Positions 57,655 to 64,000 of a DNA stretch of 64,000 bases are shown in pieces. Made by a program: the position numbers and the translations under genes. The notes beneath the pieces were generated by a model. The model was not told where the DNA came from. It did not search any database and was given only the letters and a program-made list of their open reading frames with translations. Origin of the DNA: Parcubacteria group bacterium (GTDB lineage Bacteria; Patescibacteriota; Minisyncoccia; Moranbacterales; UBA9337); assembly GCA_041662245.1 (NCBI GenBank), contig JBAZSW010000002.1, positions 89,017 to 153,016 on the forward strand, in the 5' to 3' direction. Position 1 is the first letter of the stretch. Each line of letters begins with the position of its first letter.

Positions 57655-58830
57655 ATGACAAGAAAAATATCCAATCGTAAATATAACGTCGCCTTAACTG
57701 GTGGAGCAGCTTCAGCTGAGGCTCTTCGTCAAATTAATCCTTTAGTAATGCCCGTTTATCCGATTACTCCTCAGACCCCGATAATTGAATCTTTTGCAAA
57801 AATTTGCGCGGATGGAAAAGCAGATACTGAAATTATCACAGTGGAATCGGAGCATAGCGCTATTTCAGCTGCGATTGGTTCGCAAGCAGCTGGCGGACGA
57901 ACAGTAACCGCAACCAGTTCTCAAGGCTTAGCGTTGATGAACGAAATTCTTTATATTGCTAGCGGAATGAGGCTGCCAATTGTAATGTTGATTTCAGCTC
58001 GAGCATTGAGTGCTCCGATAAATATTCATGGAGATCATAGCGATGTAATGGGTGCGCGCGATACAGGCTGGATTCAATTATTTGCTGAAAATGTTCAAGA
58101 GGTTTATGACAATACGATTATTGGAACGAGATTGGCAGAAAAATCTGAACTTCCTATTATGGTGATAATGGATGGTTTTACGACTTCTCATAATGTAGAA
58201 AATTTGGAATTGTTATCAGATGAAACAGTCAAAGAATTTGTCGGAGAATATATAAATGAAAATTCGTTATTGAATGTAGGTAATCCAGTAACTTATGGTC
58301 CTGTAGCGCTTTCTAGTTCATATTTTGATTTTAAAATCGATCAAGAAAAAGCAATGGATAAAGTAGGGGGCAACTGTAAAAAAATAATGAAAGATTTTAA
58401 AAAAATATCTCAAAGAGAATATGATTTAGTTGAGGCCTATGAAATGGAAGATGCAGAGGATGTGGTAATCGTGATGGGGGCGACAGCTGGCACGGCTAAG
58501 GATGCAGTAGATATTTTACGAAAAGCAGGTAAAAAAGTAGGGCTTATAAAAATAAAATTGTTTAGACCTTTCCCTTATGTTGAAGTTGCTAAAGCTTTAA
58601 AAAATGTAAAAAATATAGCCGTTATGGATAGGGCGATTTCTTCTGGTTCAATGCCAGCACTTTACAGTGAAATAAATAATACACTCAGATTTGGAGATTT
58701 GGATAAAGCAAAAGTCAAAAGTTACGTTTACGGTTTAGGCGGAAGAGACATTTTTATTAAAGATATTGAGGGGATTTTCGAGGAATTATTAAATGAGAAA
58801 ATTGTTAAGGGAATTAAGTATATTAAATAG
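57655..58830 (+). CDS. porA: Pyruvate:ferredoxin oxidoreductase alpha subunit
   Basis: NVALTGGAASAEALRQINPLVMPVYPITPQT...; length matches PorA. Confidence 0.8.
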   Translation: MTRKISNRKYNVALTGGAASAEALRQINPLVMPVYPITPQTPIIESFAKICADGKADTEIITVESEHSAISAAIGSQAAGGRTVTATSSQGLALMNEILYIASGMRLPIVMLISARALSAPINIHGDHSDVMGARDTGWIQLFAENVQEVYDNTIIGTRLAEKSELPIMVIMDGFTTSHNVENLELLSDETVKEFVGEYINENSLLNVGNPVTYGPVALSSSYFDFKIDQEKAMDKVGGNCKKIMKDFKKISQREYDLVEAYEMEDAEDVVIVMGATAGTAKDAVDILRKAGKKVGLIKIKLFRPFPYVEVAKALKNVKNIAVMDRAISSGSMPALYSEINNTLRFGDLDKAKVKSYVYGLGGRDIFIKDIEGIFEELLNEKIVKGIKYIK

Positions 58831-58844
58831 AAATATCATATTTT

Positions 58845-58950
58845 AATACTCAATAAACAATGTTCATTAAATAATCAATAAATTAATATTCAATTGAATG
58901 TTGGATATTAAATATTGAATGAATATTGAATATTGTTTATTGAGTATTAA
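58845..58950. repeat. Palindromic element, family C (near-perfect ~100-bp palindrome)
   Basis: aatactcaataaacaatgttcatt...attcaattgaat...attgtttattgagtatt. The termini AATACTCAATAAACAAT / ATTGTTTATTGAGTATT are exact reverse complements. Confidence 0.8.
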
Positions 58951-59026
58951 GTAAAAGACTTTGTTAATGAATGCAGTAAAATAAAACTCAGAAAATTAAA
59001 ATATGAAATAGTTAATAATAAATATT

Positions 59027-59323
59027 ATGGAAATAAAAGAATTATTAGAAAAATCAAAAAGCATTTGGGGTGAAGATAAATTAAATTTATCTCAAATAAT
59101 TGTGAGAACGGGTAAGGTTTTTGGCGACATCTGTCGTTGGGAAAGAAATTCCCAAAAAGATAAAGAAACTCACAATGACTATGAGTTAAAAAAAGAATTA
59201 GGTAACATGATTTTTTGTAATATTCGATGGTGTGATGATTTAGGTTATGATCCACAGGAATGCATCGAGCTAGCAATTAAAGCTCAAGAAAAATTTGTCC
59301 AAGAAAACAATAAAAATAGTTAA
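59027..59323 (+). CDS. Small MazG-like nucleotide pyrophosphohydrolase (putative)
   Basis: 98 aa, all-helical. The motif ELKKELGNMIFCNIRWCDDLGYD resembles the MazG/NTP-PPase EExGD-type motif. Weak call. Confidence 0.35.
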   Translation: MEIKELLEKSKSIWGEDKLNLSQIIVRTGKVFGDICRWERNSQKDKETHNDYELKKELGNMIFCNIRWCDDLGYDPQECIELAIKAQEKFVQENNKNS

Positions 59324-59445
59324 AAATTCAAAGTGCAAAATTCAAAGTTGCAATTAAAAATTAAAAGTTTTTATTTTTAGAATAAATTTTGAACTTTGGA
59401 CTGTAATTTTTAACTTTGCATTTTTAACTTTTAACTTGAATTATT

Positions 59446-60348
59446 ATGAATAATGATTTAATCAAAAACTATGCTTCGGGAGGCGACACTTGTGCCGGTT
59501 GTGGAATTCCTGTGATTGTGAGGAATATTTTAGATGTTGCCACTGATCCGATAGTGATTATCAATGCCACGGGATGTCTGGAGGTCACTTCCACTATTTA
59601 TCCTTATACTGCATGGAAAGTCCCTTATATTCATAACGCTTTTGAAAATGCGGCGGCGACTGCTGCTGGAATAGAAACTGCTTATCAGGCGATGAAAAAA
59701 AGAGGACTGATGGATAAAAAAATAAAGTTTGTTGTTTTCGGCGGAGATGGAGGAACTTTTGATATTGGGTTGCAATCACTTTCGGGGATGCTTGAGCGAG
59801 GACATGATGTGCTTTATGTGGCTTATGATAATGAAGGCTATATGAATACAGGAGGGCAACGTTCAGGAGCTACTCCAATTGGAGCTAGTATGGAAACTAC
59901 TCCTTCGGGAAAAAAATCTTATGGCAATAAAAATTCTCGTAAAAATATGATGCAAATTGTGGCAGGGCACGAAGTGGGTTATCTGGCTCAAGCTAATGTG
60001 GCTTATGTAGAGGATTTGCGAAAAAAAGCTAAGAAAGCTTTGGAAACAGAAGGAGCATCTTTTCTTTTGGTTTTTCAGCCTTGTACCAATGTTTGGAAAT
60101 TTCCCACTTCTGATTATGTGAAAGTGGCGAAATTAGCCACGGAAACTAATTATTGGCCACTTTATGAAATTGAAAATGGGGAACATAAATTAAATTTAAA
60201 AAATGACAATCCTAAAAAAATAGAAGAATATCTAAAAACTCAAAAAAGATTTAAACATCTATTTGCACCAGGGAATGAAGAAGTTTTAAAGAGCATTCAG
60301 GAAAAGGTAAATGGAGAGTGGGAAAGATTGTTAAAAAAAGTTATTTAA
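59446..60348 (+). CDS. porB: Pyruvate:ferredoxin oxidoreductase beta subunit (TPP-binding)
   Basis: CAGCGIPVIVRNIL..., VVFGGDGGTFDIGLQSLSGMLERGHDVLYVAYDNEGYMNTGGQRS. Confidence 0.85.
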   Translation: MNNDLIKNYASGGDTCAGCGIPVIVRNILDVATDPIVIINATGCLEVTSTIYPYTAWKVPYIHNAFENAAATAAGIETAYQAMKKRGLMDKKIKFVVFGGDGGTFDIGLQSLSGMLERGHDVLYVAYDNEGYMNTGGQRSGATPIGASMETTPSGKKSYGNKNSRKNMMQIVAGHEVGYLAQANVAYVEDLRKKAKKALETEGASFLLVFQPCTNVWKFPTSDYVKVAKLATETNYWPLYEIENGEHKLNLKNDNPKKIEEYLKTQKRFKHLFAPGNEEVLKSIQEKVNGEWERLLKKVI

Positions 60349-60424
60349 TATCTAATATCCAATAATCAATATTCATTCAATATTTAATAATCCAATATTC
60401 ATTATTTAATTAAATTTTATTTTT

Positions 60425-60778
60425 ATGAATAATTTTGATCTTGAAGAAAGAACTGCAAAATTTGCAGAAGAAATCATAGAATTGTGTAAAGAGCTAGAAA
60501 TAAATTCATTAAATAGAAGAATAATTGATCAATTAATAGGTTCAAGCGGTTCAATTGGAGCTAACTATTGTGAAGCTTGCGAATCTGAAAGCAAAAAAGA
60601 TTTTAGACACAAAATGGGTATTGCAAAAAAAGAAATAAAAGAAACAAAGCATTGGCTGAGATTATTAGTAAAAGTTCATAATGACAAAAAAGATAAATGC
60701 AGAGTTTTATGGAAGGAAGCTCATGAATTATTGTTGATTTTTTCTAAATCTATAAAGACTAGCAAAAATGGAAAATAG
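60425..60778 (+). CDS. Four-helix-bundle protein (TIGR02436 family), full length
   Basis: Same family as 56853: ...IIDQLIGSSGSIGANYCEACESESKKDFRHKMGIAKKEIKETKHWLRLL. Confidence 0.65.
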   Translation: MNNFDLEERTAKFAEEIIELCKELEINSLNRRIIDQLIGSSGSIGANYCEACESESKKDFRHKMGIAKKEIKETKHWLRLLVKVHNDKKDKCRVLWKEAHELLLIFSKSIKTSKNGK

Positions 60779-60847
60779 TGGTTGGTATCTAATTGAATAT
60801 TAATTTATTGGTTATTGAATGTATATTGTTTATTGGATATTGAACAT

Positions 60848-60868
60848 TAAAAACGAGCCACCTGCTCG
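60848..60868 (-). terminator. Rho-independent terminator for the minus-strand tRNA cluster
   Basis: The minus strand reads CGAGC-AGGTG-GCTCG followed by TTTTT. Confidence 0.5.
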
Positions 60869-61009
60869 CCTCGCTGAAGCTACTGCGAAGCGGGTCGGAA
60901 ACGAACCGACGACCTACACGTTACCTGCCCGAAATGCTTTGAGCCGTCTATCGGGATTGAACCGATGACCTACGCGTTACGAGTGCGTCGCTCCGCCTGC
61001 CTACGCCTG
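60856..61009 (-). other. Two degenerate tRNA 3'-half-like segments downstream of tRNA-Thr (anticodon-loop-like CTCGTAA, T arms ATCGG-TTCAATC-CCGAT and GTCGG-TTCGTTT-CCGAC). Neither has a matching 5' acceptor strand
   Basis: The minus-strand segments align to the 3' half of the tRNA-Thr (GAGCGACGCACTCGTAACGCGTAGGTCATCGGTTCAATCCCGATAGACGGC and ...GTAACGTGTAGGTCGTCGGTTCGTTTCCGACCCGCTTCG). No sequence complementary to AGACGGC or CCGCTTC is found 5' of them. Confidence 0.5.
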
Positions 61010-61082
61010 AGCCTACAATCGGACTTGAACCGATAACCTACGGTTTACGATACCGTTGCTCTACCAATTGAGCTATGTAGGC
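61010..61082 (-). tRNA. tRNA-Thr (anticodon CGU), no encoded CCA
   Basis: The minus strand reads GCCTACATAGCTCAATTGGTAGAGCAACGGTATCGTAAACCGTAGGTTATCGGTTCAAGTCCGATTGTAGGCT. Acceptor stem is GCCTACA / TGTAGGC, D arm GCTC..GAGC, anticodon stem ACGGT / ACCGT with loop ATCGTAA, T arm ATCGG-TTCAAGT-CCGAT. Confidence 0.8.
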
Positions 61083-61084
61083 TT

Positions 61085-61125
61085 AGGCGATGGCGGGCAG
61101 GTCTACCAACTGAGCTAAGGTGGCA
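61085..61125 (-). other. tRNA 5'-fragment-like sequence (GCCACCTTAGCTCAGTTGGTAGAC) truncated after the D arm and followed by CCTGCCCGCC
   Basis: Acceptor-like GCCACCT plus D arm GCTCAGTTGGTAGA, then no anticodon arm or T arm. Confidence 0.4.
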
Positions 61126-61239
61126 CTAATACAAATATCATTGTAATACAATTAGCAATAAATTTCAAATAAACTCTTTGACATTTATTTTTTTGTGGTA
61201 TAATAAAATTGATAAATTAAAACTTTAAAAAATAAAAAA

Positions 61240-61659
61240 ATGGAAAAAAAATATGTTGTTATAATTGCTGTTATTTTAGTGGCAACTTTGGGTGTGATTA
61301 TTTTTGTTACTCAATCTCGTTTTGGGAAAAAAGATATTGTTACTAGTGAGCTTAATGCAAACAAAATAGTTAAAGAAGCTAAACTTATTCTTCCGGAAAA
61401 AGAGGAATGTAGTTATGCAAATGGAGCAGAGGCTGTTAGCCTTGCGTTGGAAAGAGGCGATATTACTATTTGTGATTGTATAAAAAATGATGATAAGATT
61501 AAGGAATCTTGTAACAATGTTGTAAATGAAGCGGATATCTATAAGAGAGCTACTCGAGAAAAAAATATTGATATTTGTCAAGAGATAGAAAGCGAAGATG
61601 GACAAAAAAATTGCAAAGAAAATGTTTTGGCCAAGATAGAATATTTGAATAATAAATAA
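61240..61659 (+). CDS. Hypothetical membrane-anchored Cys-containing protein (139 aa)
   Basis: N-terminal TM helix VVIIAVILVATLGVIIFV. No known domain. Confidence 0.45.
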   Translation: MEKKYVVIIAVILVATLGVIIFVTQSRFGKKDIVTSELNANKIVKEAKLILPEKEECSYANGAEAVSLALERGDITICDCIKNDDKIKESCNNVVNEADIYKRATREKNIDICQEIESEDGQKNCKENVLAKIEYLNNK

Positions 61660-61682
61660 AAATAAATATTAAAAACAAAAAA

Positions 61683-62882
61683 ATGAATAAGAAGTACTTA
61701 GTTATAATCGGTGTCATTTTTCTGATAACAATTGGTGTTTTTATTTTTAATTTAGAAAAAAGAAAAAATGTTTCGCCAATAGATAAAATTGATGGAGTCG
61801 CTGTAGCAGAAAATAGCGCAACTTTAATTTCTCAAAAAAATAATAATTTTAAGATAAGGCTTAACTTTAAAGGCGAGGAAAATGTGGCTAAATCTATCAC
61901 GAGATATTATGTTTCTTTATACCCAGCCGATGATAACGGAGATGCTCTTGGACTTTCTCCTGTTGACGTGGCTAAATATGATGATGAGATATTTTTGGGA
62001 AATGGAAATAATAGTGCAAAAAGAGAAATTCTTTATATCGCTCCCAGTTTTTTAAAGGGAAAGTATGCTATAACCGTTAATTATGTTAATGAAGTGGGAA
62101 TAAGCAAAAAAAATATAAAATTAGGAGGTTATGATTTAAATGGTAGTAACAGGAATTTTGTGGAAGTTTTTTCAGGAACATGCAAATTTAATATAGTTGG
62201 AGAGACTGACAATAAGAAATATACCCTTTCTCAGGGTGTGGATGTCAAAAATAGTGAAGATCTAAGGGTTACCTGTTCAGTGATGAGTCACTTTGCTGAA
62301 GATGTTTCAGTTATGCCTAGTTTTGCTAATCTCAGAAGAAAGAATCTTTATCCACGAGAGGAAGTAGCACAAGAAGATAAAAACTTAGAATTTATTACTC
62401 TTAAGCCCAATGAATTGAAGGATGTGTCTTTCTCTGTCCCCAAAGCTTTAGCTCCTCAAGCTTATGATGCTGTTTTATTTTTTTTAGATGAACAAAGACA
62501 TATTATTTCCACTAAAGCATTTTTGCATTATGTTTTGGCGGGAGAAAGTGCCAATATTGAAAGATTGACTTTGGATAAAAATGATTATAAGTTAGGAGAT
62601 CATGCCAATGTAAATTTGTCTTATTTTGGTTCAGCAGATGGCTTTGCCGACTCTAGGTTAGGTGGAACAAAAAACACAAAGTTAATTTTTGAATTAGACT
62701 TGCGAGATAATAATGATGTAAGTTGTCTTTCCATGACGAAGTTTTTCGAAGTTAATCCTTCAGATAGTAATGTGAGTAATTTTGTTTTGGATGTAGAAAA
62801 GGAATGCAAAAATCCTTTTGTAAGAGCTGTTATTAGGGGAGAAAATGGAAATATATTAGAGGAAGAAACATTTTTACGTTAA
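61683..62882 (+). CDS. Hypothetical membrane-anchored protein (399 aa)
   Basis: N-terminal TM helix LVIIGVIFLITIGVFIF and an apparently beta-rich ectodomain. Confidence 0.45.
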   Translation: MNKKYLVIIGVIFLITIGVFIFNLEKRKNVSPIDKIDGVAVAENSATLISQKNNNFKIRLNFKGEENVAKSITRYYVSLYPADDNGDALGLSPVDVAKYDDEIFLGNGNNSAKREILYIAPSFLKGKYAITVNYVNEVGISKKNIKLGGYDLNGSNRNFVEVFSGTCKFNIVGETDNKKYTLSQGVDVKNSEDLRVTCSVMSHFAEDVSVMPSFANLRRKNLYPREEVAQEDKNLEFITLKPNELKDVSFSVPKALAPQAYDAVLFFLDEQRHIISTKAFLHYVLAGESANIERLTLDKNDYKLGDHANVNLSYFGSADGFADSRLGGTKNTKLIFELDLRDNNDVSCLSMTKFFEVNPSDSNVSNFVLDVEKECKNPFVRAVIRGENGNILEEETFLR

Positions 62883-62913
62883 AAAATATTTATTTATACT
62901 TAAAAATAAAATT

Positions 62914-64000
62914 ATGAGTATCAGTTTGCAATTATTCAAAAAAAGAAATGTAACTAAAAAAACAGAGGTTTTGATTTCAGTTTCATTTTTTCTGTTATTA
63001 TCTGGTGGATTTTTCTTGGGATGGAATGTTCCTGAAATTAAAGCTGGATGTAGTGGTCAATGTGTTGGAGATTTTGGTAAGATTGGTAATAATGTTGATA
63101 GTGGTAATAGTACAGCTACTAAGGAGTGTTGTGTGTGTAGTACATCTTCTTGTAAAAACGAACATTGCACATGTAAAGCTACTTCTTGCGCCGCTTCTAC
63201 TTGCCAAGGTAGTACTTGTCAGTATACCAAGAGCGATTGTAGCACAGGCACTGAATCTGGAACACAATGCTGTCCTACTTGCAATTATATAAGTTCTTAC
63301 AGCTCTTGGGATGCCTGTCATTATGACACAGGTTTAAAAACTTATGTTCAACGAGGGACTCATCCAAATTTTAGTCATGATTGTGGTAGTGGCTGTCCCG
63401 CAGATGCTCAAAGTGTTAGACTTTGTGGAGTATGCAATGGTGCTGTTCCTGCTTCCAGTGTTGCTCCTTTTGCTTTAACTCCTTGTCTGGGAGGTGGTGT
63501 GGCTGCTATGAACTTAGTAAGTCCCAACTGGAAATGGAATTGTTTGGGCGGCGGCGGGGGTAGTGCTGCTATAGGTTGTAGCTCTTCTTACATCCCTGTT
63601 CCAACTGTTAGTTTAACTGTTAATCCTGCATCAGTTAATTTAAATGGTGGGACGTCAACGATATCCCCCAAAAATGTTAATTTAACTTGGAGTATAACGA
63701 ATTCCGCTACTGCTTGCCCAAATGGATGCACTTGCTCTGCGTCCAATGCTTGGGCTGGAGTTAAGACTTCTTCAGGTACAGAAACAGTTACGATTTCCTC
63801 CGGAGCTGATCCTACTTATACTTTGACTTGCAGTAATACATTTAGTGGAGTAAGTGCCCCTGTTTCAAGAACAGTCGTTTCTTCTTGTACCCCGTTAACT
63901 TATTATGATACTTGTAATGTTACTTGTGACAGTGGCACGCAAGCTTGTCATCATATTAATTCTAATTGTGTAGTTTCTGCTTGTGCAGATAAAACCTGCA
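62914..64000 (+). CDS. Cys-rich secreted/anchored protein, 3' end outside the window (not in the ORF track)
   Basis: Frame 1 is open from the ATG at 62914 to the window end, checked codon by codon. N-terminal TM/signal segment VLISVSFFLLLSGGFFLGW, then repeated C-x-C / CxxC-rich segments (GCSGQCVG...CCVCSTSSCKNEHCTCKATSCAASTCQGSTCQY...). Confidence 0.6.
   Translation, partial: MSISLQLFKKRNVTKKTEVLISVSFFLLLSGGFFLGWNVPEIKAGCSGQCVGDFGKIGNNVDSGNSTATKECCVCSTSSCKNEHCTCKATSCAASTCQGSTCQYTKSDCSTGTESGTQCCPTCNYISSYSSWDACHYDTGLKTYVQRGTHPNFSHDCGSGCPADAQSVRLCGVCNGAVPASSVAPFALTPCLGGGVAAMNLVSPNWKWNCLGGGGGSAAIGCSSSYIPVPTVSLTVNPASVNLNGGTSTISPKNVNLTWSITNSATACPNGCTCSASNAWAGVKTSSGTETVTISSGADPTYTLTCSNTFSGVSAPVSRTVVSSCTPLTYYDTCNVTCDSGTQACHHINSNCVVSACADKTC

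Noticed and set aside
60856-61125. tmRNA or a single split/intron-containing tRNA spanning GCCACCT...AGGTGGC
   Set aside because: The AGGTGGC end is part of a terminator hairpin (CGAGC-AGGTG-GCTCG-TTTTT) rather than an acceptor strand. An intact tRNA-Thr sits in the middle, and no tag-peptide ORF or matching halves could be assembled by hand. The question is left for tRNAscan/Infernal.
63005-63292. Track ORFs 63005..63292 (+) and 62998..63321 (-)
   Set aside because: Both are in the wrong frame or strand relative to the long frame-1 ORF 62914-64000, which has a proper start, an N-terminal anchor and no stops.

Overview
The window is a very AT-rich bacterial segment that looks like a reduced-genome Candidate Phyla Radiation / Patescibacteria-type organism. 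It carries bacterial ribosomal protein, rpoA, infA, obg, lysS, serS and a por (pyruvate:ferredoxin oxidoreductase) operon, and its intergenic space is packed with several repeat families. Positions 1-41,200 form an accessory island. It starts with a 5'-truncated FG-GAP beta-propeller protein. Three giant secreted paralogous genes follow (2510, 3186 and 4133 aa), built from 5, 6 and 10 tandem modules of about 420 aa. Each module is a conserved GC-rich N-terminal domain, a variable AT-rich right-handed beta-helix, and a terminal EDFHL...TDIDGxxR...WDIGADE motif. Two of the three end in arrays of LamG/ConA-like lectin domains. Interleaved with them are four paralogous AAA+ ATPases fused to a C-terminal PD-(D/E)xK nuclease-like domain, each behind its own operator-embedded promoter. 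A Bro-N-like gene, an orphan signal-peptide stub, and composite intergenic repeats (families A and B) that recur upstream of each unit are also present. Positions 41,600-64,000 are core genes: infA, rpmJ, rpsK, rpsM, rpsD, rpoA, rplQ, rplM, rpsI, lysS, obg, serS, a GH1 beta-glucosidase, an ABC ATPase with an FtsX permease, porG/D/A/B, and a tRNA-Thr. This core region is colonised by a REP-associated tyrosine transposase (RAYT) with more than 14 GTAG-type REP hairpins and a 33-bp REP-derived tandem array. It also carries about 100-bp palindromic elements and small inserted genes splitting the por operon, a ~45-bp inverted repeat pair bracketing the ribosomal protein block, and decayed tRNA fragments around the tRNA-Thr. 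All calls are by eye from the sequence; no database searches were possible.
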